Of a stretch of 64,000 nt of DNA, positions 50,540 to 63,735 are shown piece by piece. Location of the stretch: NCBI RefSeq assembly GCF_006345805.1, contig NC_043005.1, positions 32,240,001 through 32,304,000 of the forward strand. Direction: 5' to 3'. How positions within the stretch are numbered: the stretch's first letter is position 1; each line of letters begins with the position of its first letter. Under the pieces are notes generated by a model. That model was not told the origin of the DNA. It saw nothing but the letters and a program-made list of their open reading frames with translations, and ran no database searches. A program made the position numbers and the translations under genes. The DNA is from Octopus sinensis (taxonomy: Eukaryota).

Positions 50540-50940
50540 AATAACCTGTAGAGAGACAACGCGATTCATTCATTTGTTTGTTTCTCTTTGTGCCTTGTGG
50601 TACCTGAAGCAACAAGATCGCCCTTGACAGCTCGTACCATTGTTAACCCTCTGCTTTTAAGATCTGTTAGTGTTCTCTGCCATGTTTCCTTTAGTCGACC
50701 ACATCTTGTGGAACCCATTGATAAGTGATCCTGATAATTGAGTTTGGTTTACAGCAACAAACTTGAACCAGCCATTTCCATCTCCTTACTCCAATAGTTT
50801 ATTGGTTTCATGTTAACCTTGGTGTGTAGTTGGTTATTTGAGATCATAGTTGGCCAGTAGAGCTTCAAAATTTTTCGTAAACATTAAGTTTGAAACACCT
50901 CCAATTTCTTTTCAGAAACTCTTCAGAGAGAACATCCTTA
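50540..50940 (-). mobile_element. Decayed 3' end of a second RTE family
   Basis: RKILKLYWPTMISNNQLH and later W...G...W remnants typical of RTE RT C-termini. Confidence 0.6.
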
Positions 50941-51731
50941 CCTGCTAACTCTACAGATACAAACCCTGATGACCTCTAACTGAATGTACTAAAGCTAATG
51001 TGAACTGCACTTCATCACAGCAACACTAATAAGTAAAAATATATCACCTTAACTATAGAAAGCTAATTATCCATCAAAGTTTATACCAAACAATTCTCAG
51101 TCAACTCGTAGAAAAGAGAAGAGAACTTGAAAATAAAATTTCACAATTTACATGCCTAGAAAAATAACTGAAAATTACTACTATCCAAGATTATAGCTTT
51201 CTATAACAACCTTTGTCAGTTGATCAATGCAGTCATGAGTAAACTATGCTATGTAGATGAAGGTGCATATAACTGAAACCTGTTCAAAACTGTACCCCTT
51301 GCCTGCCAACTGATTTTATCCTGAACACAAATTCAGTCTCAATTTCATGCTTTGTTTAGAAGGTGCCAACAATTACCACTTCAAGTTTTTTTTTTAACAT
51401 CAGACCAAGTGTGAAATTTCAATTGAGAATATTTTGCATATGTCATTCCTTACTGGTCCAAGTTATACCACTGACCAATTTGAGTTGCGCCTTCAGCTAT
51501 TTTTTAATGAATGAAGTTTTAAATATCTTTTGTCTCAGTCATTAAACTATGGCCATGCTGGGGTACTGCCTTGAAGAATTTTAGTTGAAGGAATTCACCC
51601 CAGTACTTTTTCTTAAGCTTGGTACTTATTCTATTGGTCTCTATGGCTGAACTGCTAAGTTATGGGGACATAAAAATACCAACACTGGTTGTTAAGCAGA
51701 GTTGAGGAACAAACAAGCATTATACACACAC

Positions 51732-52832
51732 AATGCACACAGTATAAAGATACAAGCTACTGATAGTTTCATGCATTAGAGAGACAAGTCTAGGCAGGTT
51801 TTTATAATATACCTTGAGTCTTCAAGCAATCTTCAGATCAGAATGTTGGAAGCAGAGAGAAAATAAGAAGATTGATGCAAAAAGTGGAACAGTGAAAAAC
51901 AAAAAACAAAAGAAAGAGAAAATGATAATTAGCGTTATGTTTCCTTTGACTGTAGAATAATTCAATGGAGAGAGGTCCAGCCTGCAAGACAGCTGCTCAA
52001 TCCAAAGAGGGTGGTATCCTCTAGTTTGCCAAAAGAAATTTGTCCATATATATGCATTTGCTGAAAATTTCTTATCTGAATTCAGTGTGTGATGGAATTC
52101 TTGAAACTAAAAAACAATATACAATTTTTCAGCTACACATAAATTGCATTTCTTAGATCCATTAAGATATTGCATGGATTTCTCCACTTGATTGTATGTG
52201 GTGTGGAGCTGGTCTTCAAACCCCATATGTGGCTAACCATTTACAAAAGCAAACCTACTGAGTTGGCTAACACATATGAGGTATGAAGACCAACTTCATG
52301 CCACACAATCAAGTGGAGAACCACAGAGATATCCATGCCATATGTTAATGGATCTAAGAAATGCAACTTGAGCATAGCTGAAAGATCACAGTCTTTTTAG
52401 ATCTAAGAATTCGACTGTACTACTGAATTTCTGATTAAAAATTTACAGAAAATGCAGGCATATGGACAAATTTCTTTTGGCAATGGAGAACACCACCCTC
52501 TGTGGATTGAGTAACAGTCTTGCAGACTATACTCCTCTTTGATGAATTATTCTACAACAACAAGTTTTATTATGGCATTTCAGTCAAAGGGAACATAATT
52601 CTAATTTACTTTTGTTTTTCCATTTTTTTTTCACCCTTCCACTTTTGCATTTACTCTTGTTTATTCTCATGGTTTCTCTTGTTCCAGCAAAAGATCTGTA
52701 AATTGAATAGGCCATATGCTCAGAACCTTAAGATTACATGGAGACGCAAGATGTGGTATAAAAACTTGCCTAGACCCCGCCACTATAATGTATGAGACTA
52801 TTAGTAGCTCATATCTTAATATTGTGTACATT
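51732..52832. repeat. 1.1-kb imperfect inverted repeat (foldback), arms of about 500-560 bp, spacer of 40 nt or less
   Basis: A colinear series of reverse-complement anchors, e.g. TTGCCAAAAGAAATTTGTCCATA at 52026 vs 52461-52483 and TTGCATTTCTTAGATCCATTAA at 52144 vs 52345-52366. Confidence 0.9.
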
Positions 52833-52912
52833 AGCTATTTACATCCCACTGGATGGAGTACTACTGTTGTTGATCTTTATGGAGCTGAAAACTACTTATA
52901 TATGTGTGTGTA

Positions 52913-53400
52913 GTATAGAGGCAATTATGCAGGTCAACAAATTAGACACATCAAATACAATATACATATACAGGCAAAACGAGAGAAAACAGAGGTGGAA
53001 ACTTTCAGGTGATAAATCAATCTTTGAACTTCTCTGCATTAAGGATCTGAAATGTAAGAGCTTCTCTATCCTGATGATGGAGGCTTGTCTCATCCATTGT
53101 TAATTGATAGATATGGCTGCATATTGTGAGGAACTAATTCTACCAACATTATTATGGATCACCAAGCCCCCCAAAACAGCTGTTGGATTTACAACACATT
53201 TCTTCCACCCATTTAATTTTCTGTCATTTGTACTGTGTCAGTTGGACCTATTAGTATAAATATCTATATATTTATAAGAATTCAACTGAAAGTTTCCACC
53301 TTTTGCTTTCTCTCATTTTGCATGTATACATATTTTGTATTTGATGTATTTTATATATTTGATATGTCTAATTTGTTTATTTGCATAATTGCCTCTATAC
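52913..53400. repeat. Second inverted pair (52913-53008 / 53286-53400)
   Basis: GTATAGAGGCAATTATGCA...GGTGGAAACTTTCAG matches the reverse complement of the right arm. The spacer is about 277 bp. Confidence 0.85.
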
Positions 53401-53700
53401 CCACTCAACTTCATCCCTCTTATAACCTTTCTCTACCTTGTGGAGAATGTTCCTCTGTAAAGACATCGGAGTCTAAGTTTGAATCCTTTCAGCACTACCA
53501 AGTGTCTTCTATATGGAGACTCTTTGGATCTCATCTGTGAACTATGTAGTATATATATGTACACTCGCACGTATGTGCATACGGACTTCTTTCAGTTTCT
53601 GTCAACTAAATCCACTCACAAGGATGTTGTTGGCCTGAGACACTTACCCAAAACCATCTAGTTGGTGAGCAAACTTAACACATAGCCATGACCTTGCTTT

Positions 53701-53739
<39 letters not shown>

Positions 53740-55399
53740 TGAATACACACATAATTTTAGCAAATCATATAAACATATAAATAACCAAATTAGCATTGAT
53801 CAAATAGAAATCATCTGTTCAATATGTGTTAACACTTATTAAAAAGTTTCATAAAAGTACGAAAATAACCATAAATAAAAGCACCATCCCCTGATTCCAA
53901 ACAGTTTAGCCACACCTACACTCTATAAACAAGCAGCCACTCCTTACTAGATGGCTAATAATCACCAGAAAACAGCTACTTATATCAAATATATAATATA
54001 AAAACTATAGCTATTAGCACTTGAGCAATCACTCAACCAGCTAATAATAGTCAATTCTCCCTCATTTCACAAAAAAAAACCAAAGGGCAGGATGGTCGAA
54101 GTTGGAATACTTATGATCACAGGCCTACTCAATAAGGGATAGGGTGCAGCAGAAAAATGTCACATATTTTAAACAGCTTATGGAATTGGAGAAGCTAGAC
54201 AGATGGTATGGGGGGTCTTCATGTAGATAATATTTTGAACATTTTTCTTTCTGGTTACCATCAAGGTTTTGACTGATGTTGAAAGGTTTCTAAAATTAGG
54301 GAAGTTTTTTTTGTTGTACCTTTTAAAATTAGATACAAATTCTGCTTTCATTTCTCATTAGTGGCTCCACTTGTTTATTTTCATCTTGAAGACAACTACA
54401 GACATGACAAAAACTTACCATTTCCAATTAAACATGTTCGGGATTATGAAATGTACACCATTAAAATCAATTAAAGAACTTTCTATTTTGTTAGGTCCAA
54501 ACAAGTATCAATGAAAGACTATAACCCTAATAACACAAAAGGTGGGTTTACTGCCTAAGTTAATTGTGAGATTCATATACCTCACTGGGTCATCATGACA
54601 ATACACTAAGACTCAGAAACAATTATAAATATCTAAAGGGCAGTGACTAGATTTTACTACAGTTATAACAAGCTTTAATTTCTGAAATACTAATTCTAAA
54701 GATAGCTGATACTTAGCAAGGAGTGAATCCAATTTGTTACAGCAAAAATACAATTTAAAAACATAAAGAGACCACTTTATAGTTTGACAAAGGTTACTAA
54801 TATTCTTTGGATTACTGTAATCCTGATTAATGATTCAAAAAGACCATACAAAAGTAGCCAACACCTGAGCTATTGAAGGTGCCTTTTTGTGGTCATTCAA
54901 CCTGCTAGATATAATAGCCAAATGTCACCTAAATCACATACTTATCTGAACGAAGGACAGATGGAATACTGTCTTGGGTACACTATGCCTAGAAAAGAAA
55001 AAGCAAGATGATTAAAGCTAGAATATGTTTGAGTGTAGGCCTGCCTGGACTAAGAAATGATACTTTTCATAGGAATGGGTTTCATATTTTGATAAGACTA
55101 TGGAAGTTAGGATAATGAAAGTTAGTTAAATTCTTAGGACACAAACGAAACTGGACACTATGATGGTTTCCCCCAACCCAACAGGGTATGAAAGTAATGA
55201 AAAACTAAGTTGATTTCGTTAACATCTGAACTGAAAATCATTCAACGTCCATTTTCCTTGCTAGCATGAGTTTTGATTAGAGCTGGTAAGGCCAGGGACC
55301 GCACCAGACTATTGTCTGTTTTAGCATGATTTCTACACTGGATGCCCTTCTTAACATCAACCACTCTGTAGAGTATACTGAGTGCTCTTAACACGGCAC

Positions 55400-58300
55400 C
55401 AGCACCAGTGCTTTTTATGTAGCACCAGCATCAATTCTGCTGTGGTGGACGAGTCTCGAGTACAGCAATGCCCCAGATATCTCGGCTCATAGTCATTTTC
55501 GTATGGTTCAGTGTCTTGAGATCGGCCTTGACGGAGATTTTCTAATCCAGTACTTGGTTGTTAACAGCGACTCCAGTCACCCTGAATTATTTTTTAACTT
55601 AACGCACAGGGCTGCGGAATTACCAGTAATCATACTGAATTAACACAGTATATTACTGATAGCTATTTGCTTTGAATCGTGAACGAAAAGGATCGAGAGA
55701 TTTTATTCCACTATATTTGTCAACTTCATACTTTAACAACAACAATAATAAATCCACTTTTTTCTCGTCCACCTTATTTTCTTTGCTTTACTAGTAAAAA
55801 GGAAAACCAAAAACTTGATAGAAATAGATCAATACTTCACATTGATCGTATGAGTAAGCGAGTGTAGTAAGAGTTTGATGGCTTCCATATTGACTTGTTC
55901 CGAGAAAGATTTACAATTTTACATTCACATTAAAAAAAAAAATAAAAAACCGAGAAGCCGTTGGATTTCCACTTGCCTGGTCTCGGAGAGGTACCCGCAA
56001 TGGCAACCAGGGTTAAGTGGCTTTACTACAAACTATCAAAAATATCGATCGGTTTTCGTCTGTCGGTTTAGCACTATACAATATATACATGCACACACAC
56101 AAACATACATGCAATATGTGTGTGAGTATGCATAGTTTGTCAGTTTAACGCCACACACAGTTAATGATATGTACAATGATTCCACTTGAGAGGTTACAGT
56201 TGATATCAAACTCAGTGTATTACTGGTATTTTAAAGAAGGCAAAGCTGAAGTAGGGGCGATTTACATTTAGAAAAGCAATGAAAGCAGACAGCGAAACCA
56301 TTATTATTATCTGGTTCATTCAAAACAATTGTGATTAACTGAAAACAAAATGAGAAAATGTCCCATAAACATGTAAAATTGTTGCTTGTTCAAAAGATTG
56401 CATTCAATTGAGAATTTTAATGAAATAAAACTTATGAATCTAACAAACACCACTTACTGTAAGTAAATAAAAACAAAAGGAAAGGAAAGAGGAAGAAAGA
56501 CAGGGAGTGGGAACCCTTGTGTTTGTGGTAAAACGCTTCCGTATATAGAAAAGGTTTTATAGAGAAAAATACTTGGAATTCAACAGCGACCATAACAGTC
56601 TGTCTTTATATATATATATATATATATAGATAAATATAATCTCACACACACATTGGTGTTTAAAAAAACAGTAACTACATGTACATACAGTAAAACTATA
56701 TACAAATATGTATTTAGTGAAATGTTAAAATGCATACTTAAACTGTTAATATTTAACGATTTCGCTCACGTCATTAGAAAAGGCATGAACATTACAACTA
56801 CACTAAACCGTGTCCTTAAATGAAAAAAAAAAAAAAGCAAGTGGCGGAGTGAAAGGAAGTCGGTATCTAGTGAAATAATAAATGAGGATTAGAGATAATT
56901 TAAGATTATCTGAAAACTTGACAATGTCTGAATCAACAGTGTAGAAATGGCATTGATTTTTCTAATGGATGTCTATCATCTCAGTGCTGTTTGATTTATT
57001 TATTCATTACGCTACACAATATATCATCAACAGTAGTTATTGGGAGAAAACAAGATTAAATATATTTATCTACGTTGGTGTTTTAACCACAAGTAGAGAG
57101 GATGAGTGGTGATTGAACGAGGGTACCTGTATCTTGTTAAATACACACACACACACAAACAGGAAATAAATATAAAATGAAAATGCTCGATTCCTCCCTA
57201 CAACTAATAGTTTCAGTAGGAAGGAAGGAAATCAATTCCGCTGTATATTCCAAAATATTTGTGATTAAAAAAAAACAAACAAACAAAAAAAAACCAAAAC
57301 GTTGAATGGAGTCCGACACTTCGATGGAGTTTTTAACTCGGGCACGATGACATATTGTATTAATATTTTCAAGGTGAAGCAAGAAATAGGCAACCAACGT
57401 TAATAATTATCAGAGACGAGGAGAAAACGAGAGAAAATATTTTTTAGGGAAGCATATTATACACACACAAACACATATATATATATATATATTATATATA
57501 TACACATATACAAACACACGTATATACGCCACTTCATAGACTAATAATGGATAGGTAAGGATAAAAGGGTACTAAGATGTGTAAAAAAAGAAGGGTGGAA
57601 GGTATTTATTTAGGATTTACCATTGAATAAAAACTTGTTGGTGACCTTCGAATAAAAATCAAAGAATTTTGTCGAAAGAAAAGGAGAAGTGAATGTAATA
57701 AGAGTTTGTAAAATAATTCGGCCATAGAATAAAGCAACAACCAAATGACTTAACGATTCTTTCGACCGGCAACACAAGATAATAAGTTATATATACATAC
57801 ATATATATATAGATATATATATATCCGGTGGGGGGGGGGTCTCTCTCTCTCCCCATATTTAACCCCACCAGAAGACTTTTAACACCACTGACAACATATT
57901 ATTGGCAGTAAAAATAAATCAGTGTGAAACATTATTTACCATATCAGCCGTGTCTCCTCAAATAAAAGAGCTGTGTCTCTCTGTCCCCCGCGGTCCAAAA
58001 TATATAGATATACGTCAGTGAATGCGGCAGATTTATCGTGGCAAACCCTTCAAGGCCAGCACTGTCATCTTGCACCTCTTATGCGGAAATACTTATTACG
58101 CAGGTCAAAAACAACACGGAAGTAGCTGACTGGACGCAAAGGCGACTTTCACTGGCTTTCTTCTACGGAAATCTTTACTTGATAAAACATTGTAGGCAAA
58201 GGAGTTATGGAATATTTTGTCTTTGATCATTAATTATACATTTCAATTACGTAGTGATATTTATAAGTGATATATACCATATTCAATATTACATATTTAA

Positions 58301-59300
58301 ATAATAAGTATATTTATAGTGAATGTTTACTTTTTATATCGCTTATGTTGAACCATATTTTTATTTTCGTCTTCCCTCGCCACCGCAATTCAGTCAGTAA
58401 TTCATTCACGAAGGTTTCGATTCTCTTGATATTATTTCATTTACATTTATTATATTTACATCATACTCTGCTTTACGCTGTTGCTCGAAGAAAACTGCAT
58501 AAAGAAACAAAATCGTCATTTTTCTTCAATTTTTCTCACTAAATTAATAATTATATTTTTTCGATGTTAAAAACATTTTTTCCTCAAAATTATTCAAATA
58601 GGATATTGAATTTTTTGGACTATGATTAAGAGAATATCAATTTATAATGTTACTACGTGTGAGCTCAGTAATAAAGTAGACTTACAACTAAAGGCGTTCC
58701 AGCTTTGAAAATCCGGCTTTGTTTTTCGGATTTAGTATATCTAGAGCTACATTATCCAATGCGACCTTCGTTATTTTAAGGCTACGGCTAAGAGAAAATT
58801 GGCTGCTATTTCTAGTAGATCGACCGTAGTTCTGTTATTTATTTATGTTTATACTAGATGGCTTCTATATTAGTGAAAAAGGACAAAAGTAAACAAAAAA
58901 ATAGCTAAATTGGAAAAGAAGTCAGTAAATAAATAAAAGAAAATAAAGACGAATGTACACTCGCTCATAGACTGTAGCAAAGGTAATGGAGAACCCCACC
59001 CCTTCAAAATAAAAAAAAAAGGTATTACCTCGATAATACCGGGTTTGGGAGGTTGTTATGGGAAACAAATTTGACAACAAAATTATACAAGTCAGGATTT
59101 TAAATTTTATTTTTAATGAATTTTTAAGACAAGTGAGAAATTTGGGCAAAACAAATTTATCTATGTATGAATGTAGGAGAGTACACCTTGTCACTAAATA
59201 CCGTTGAAACAGTTACAACGAAATAGCAAAAAACAACTTTATTCATTATCAGTGAGTCAAGGGAAAATATAGAAACCAAAATATAGAAGAGACTGCCAAA
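55400..59300 (-). promoter_or_regulatory. CpG-enriched 5' region / probable PDK1 promoter
   Basis: CpG is visibly frequent here and scarce across the gene body. A CRE-like TGACGTA (58011-58017) and TATATA (58001-58006) lie just upstream of the putative exon 1. A second CACGTCA is near 56765. Confidence 0.5.
57940..57942 (-). CDS. PDPK1: Putative PDK1 exon 1 coding part (ATG only)
   Basis: Minus strand reads TGA GGA GAC ACG GCT GAT ATG|gtaaat. There is an in-frame upstream stop, a purine at -3 and a phase-0 donor matching phase-0 exon 2. It lies in a CpG-enriched region. No transcript evidence is available. Confidence 0.45.
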
Positions 59301-60072
59301 GGAGACAAATATTGGAATATTTGATAATTAAATATATTCAGAGTTTTTTCATACGCCATATCACCACTTTTTTTGTGTTCTTTAGCTCCCAGTAACTTGA
59401 ACATATTTCCTTAAACTTGGCTTCGAAGTGTTTGGTACAATTTTCAGGTTATTACTTGACAGGGATTGCAATGTGACTACTTCAACATTGATTCCCAAGG
59501 TCAACTCCAAATGGGGAGCCACAGTACACACATGTTAATTACTACTCTGGCTTGGGCTATTTTTCTGTAGAGTATTGATGTTCTGTCTTGGAGAGATTAG
59601 ACCATGCTAAGAAAATTGATCCAGCATTGAACAATACCTAACACCTGATCACTGGTTGCATGTAACACATCAACATGTCCTCACTAGCATCGCCCTTACT
59701 GTTATGAAATGGAAAGTGGCTTCTTGAGTCAAAATGACAAGGGCTACTAGTGATGTATGCCACCTACTCCATAGATGCCAACCCCAGGCCCAACAACTGA
59801 AGTCAAGAAGCTTCCTCAGCTTGTGGTAAACATGGCTCAAATGAGTGGGCTTACTCCTAGCATGCACTTGTAGGCAGAGGAATACAGCTGAGAGGTGGTA
59901 CCTAGCCTTAGAATGTAATCATGGATTTGTGGTGTGCATTGATATAGTAATGTCCTCCTCTTGGAAAATTTCTATATTTTCTAGAAAGTGTATTTTTTAG
60001 GAAGAAAGATAGTGTCCATGGCCTGTTATAGGGCTCTGAGATGAGTGATGAAGTACCCCAAATGGAAACTGT

Positions 60073-60353
60073 TGTAGTGAAAATGGTACACCCTTTCTCC
60101 CATAACAAAGTAGTATGATCCAGCCACTATAAAGTCAGTCAGTCATTGTAGGAGGTCAGTAGTAGTAGAGTTGTTGTATGAGTTCTCAGTTGGAGTCAGT
60201 GTTAATTACGTGATATATATGAGTTTGAGTTACCGTGTAGACATTTCAAAGTCATTGTCTTGTGGAGCTATCAGCGATAGTATAATTGACAAGTCAAAGA
60301 TAATAAGATGTGGTATACCATATTCCTGGCAACAAGAATATTATGGTACAACA
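60073..60353 (+). repeat. 5' LTR (3' boundary uncertain)
   Basis: Aligns with 63736-64000 and ends ...TACAACA. Confidence 0.8.
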
Positions 60354-60437
60354 TATTAGTGGCGACAAGAATATTACAGTATGGACAACAACATACAAGT
60401 GGACGAGGATCCACATTATCACCGTGGCGATGAGGAT
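60327..60437 (+). other. Four tandem PBS-like motifs (TGGCGACGAGGAT type, tRNA-Ser(GCU))
   Basis: TGGCAACAAGAAT at 60327, TGGCGACAAGAAT at 60360, TGG--ACGAGGAT at 60400 and TGGCGATGAGGAT at 60425. Confidence 0.7.
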
Positions 60438-63400
60438 ATAAACAATTCACACGAAAAGAAACAATTCACGTGATTGATGTTGAAAAATTTTTCATGTGGA
60501 GAAATTAAAAAACTCAACAGAGGAGTAACAAACATTTTTGTTGTATATATTTTACAAAGAATCCATAAAATTATGGAAAACTTGTAAGAGGGTTTAGCTG
60601 AGTTGCAAAAACAGCAACAACAACAAGAACAACAATACATGTTACAGCAACAAATACTACAACTACTGAAGTTGATAACAAAATTGGAAATTAAGTTTTC
60701 GCCAGACAATGTAGAAAATTCAATAAATGAACTGAAATATGACCTGGAAGAAGGAACCACTTTCGAGACGTATTACTGAAGATTTGAACAAATTTTCTAA
60801 AAAGAATGCCAAGACTGGATGGATGAAATGAAAATGTCTAATGCTGAGGAAACTGGTGACGATAGAGCATGAGAAATACTTTATAATACCTAAAAAAGTT
60901 TCTGACATAAATTTCACAAACACAGCTGACATTTTATGTAGGATGTTTAGTGAAAAAACATCGTTGTTGAACACACATTGGAAATGTTTGAACACTGAGA
61001 AAAGCAATGATGAAGGTTTTTCCACATGTGGATAGAGTGAACAGAGAGTGTGAGAGATTTAAACTGGATAAACTAAATCCAGATTCGTTCAAGTGCCTGA
61101 TTTTTGTTCAGAAACTTACTGCTAAAAAGGACACAGAAGTCAAAATGAAAGTTCTAGAAAAACTGGAAATGAACCAGGATATAACTCTCCAGAAACTGTC
61201 AGAAGAGTGCAATATGATATTAAAGTAAGGCATGACTGGGCAGCTCTGACGGTTTATGTAAAGAAAAAATAATACACTAACAGTGTGCGCTGACTTTTTA
61301 ACTGGATTAAATGACTATTTACTCGAACACAACTATCCATTGCCAAGCCCAGAAGAAGTGTTCAAAATACTAAATGGAGGGAAAATTTTCTTGAAGTTAA
61401 ACCTCTCAGAGGCCTGTCTACAAATAGAAGTAGAGGAAGACTGCACACACCTTTTAACAATCAACACACACCATGGATTGTATAAATTCAAGTGGTTTCC
61501 TTTTGGAGTAAAAGCGGAACCTGCCATATTCCAACAAGTGATGGACACAATGTTAAATGATTGCGACTTCGCTATTGCTTATCTCAATGATATGTTGATA
61601 AAGAGCGAGTCAGTAGAGCAACATGTCACACATATTAAAAAAGTGTTCAGAAAAATAAATGAATATGGGTTTAGACTAACAGAGGAAAAGTAAATTTTTG
61701 ATGAGAAAAATCAAATATTTGGGGCAAGTAATTAATGAAAGTGGACGAAGGCCAGACCCATCAAGGGCGACAGCAATATGGAATATGCCTCCTAACGAAC
61801 ATCAAATTGTTGCAAGCATTTTTTAAGCTTGGTAAACTACTATCAAATATATATCCCAAAGATACGCAACACAAGGGCTCCACTAAATGTACTGTTAAAA
61901 AAGGATGCCAAATGGTTTTGGTCAGAAAAATGCTAGAAGGCATTTGAGGAACTAAAAAGCATGTTAACATCAGACTTGTCGCTTTCATACTTCAATCCGA
62001 AGTTGGAAGCGATACTGGCAACAGATGCTAGTGAGTACAAGGTAGGTACCATACTCCTACACAAATGTGAAGATGGCAGCCAAAAGGCCATAGCTCAAGT
62101 GTCAAGAACGCTATTGCCAGTGGGAAAAAAATTATAGTGAAACTGAAAAATAGACATTGGCAATTATATCTGGCAAAAAAAGTTCCACAGGTTGATACAT
62201 GGTAGATGGTTTAAACTACAAACAGACCATCACCCTTTGCTAACAATTTATGGATCCAAGACAGGAATCCCAGTATATACAGCAAACAGGTAGCAGCGAT
62301 GGGGCATCATACTACTAAACTATGACTACGCAATATTTACCTTAAAAAAAACTAGGACATGCTGACAGCCTATTCAGGTTAATACCCAGAAATAGCAAAC
62401 CATACAAGAACACAGTAATAGCAGCCCTAAGAGCTGAAATGGAAATTAAATACATAATGTGGAACATTGTAAGAGAGTTACCAATGACTCTGGAGGAGAT
62501 AAAGCAACATGCACCAAAAGACAAGTTCATTAATGAAAAAAATTATCTCTGTGGTCAGCGAAAAAAAAAAAAAAAGATTCAGTAAGAAAAAACTAGGGGT
62601 TAACATATATTCAACATGTAATGGTGTACTGATGTAGTGATACTTGAGATTCTACAAAAAAGGTTTAAAGAATTCCATACTGGACTTTCAGGCATCACAA
62701 GGATGTGCAGTTATGTGTATTGGCCAAAGATGGACGAGGAAGTTGAAAATGAGTAAAAGGCTGCAGAAGATGTGCTCTGGCAGTGAAATTGCCTACTTAA
62801 AAATGAGAATCTTGGCCAGAAGTAAAAAGTCTACGGACAAGACAACACATTGATTTTGTGGGTTTGTTAAATGGTTATCACTACTTAGTAATTGTTAACA
62901 GTTTTACAAAATGGCAGGAAATTGTTAAGTGCAAAAGATCAACCTCCACAACAGTAATAAATTTTTTGTACAAATTATTCACAAAATTTGGCATCCCAGA
63001 TGTAATTGTATCCGATAATGGAACACAATTTGTGTCCAGTGAATTTTGAAAATTCTGCAAAATGTTCATGGTAGAACATAAAACAATAGCACCTTACCAT
63101 CCCAGAGCGTTTTGTGGACACTTTTAAAAGAGCTTTGAGAAAAGTAAGCAAGGAAGCCACAGAAGAAGTTGCTCTGCAGCAATTTCTAAGGGTATACAGG
63201 GTAACACTGAAACACAATATACCAGCAGGAAGCTTACCGACTGAACTGATATTTGTGAGGAAGGGGAAATCAGTTTTTGATAAACTGTTACCTGGCGAGG
63301 AAAGGAAAAGTACCAGAAAAGACAATCCTAAATTTTTCAAAATTGGTGATAAGGTGTTCATGAGGTTGTATAAAAACAGAAAACAGTACTGGGAAGGAGG

Positions 63401-63735
63401 CAAAATTATGAAGTACATTGGGAAAATGATGTACAGAATTAAAAGCAGAAAAGGTATTGAAAAAAGACACAGAAACCAATTGCTGAAGTGATTCATAGAA
63501 AATGAACCAGACAGATTGGAAGAATCTATGGAATGGCTGTATAGGTACCAACACCATAACAGGTCGTTGAACACACGTGCACAAATGGAAGGAAAAGGAA
63601 AAACACAAGAGTTTCTACAAATAGATGCCAAAAAGAAAAAAATATGTTGGAAAAAAAACATTAGAATGGGAGGAGGGGGTGAATAAGGTAAAATAAAAAT
63701 TACTTGCTTCCCAAAGAAAAAACTAAAAGGGGAGA

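Noticed and set aside
53065-53105. Second hammerhead (CTGATGA...)
   Set aside because: There is no GAAA after the possible stem II and no stem I or III.
59400-60070. Possible decayed LINE upstream of the Gypsy LTR
   Set aside because: The composition looks coding-derived, but no diagnostic RT motif could be read.
60065-60072. Target-site duplication of the Gypsy element
   Set aside because: The right flank is outside the window, so it cannot be tested.
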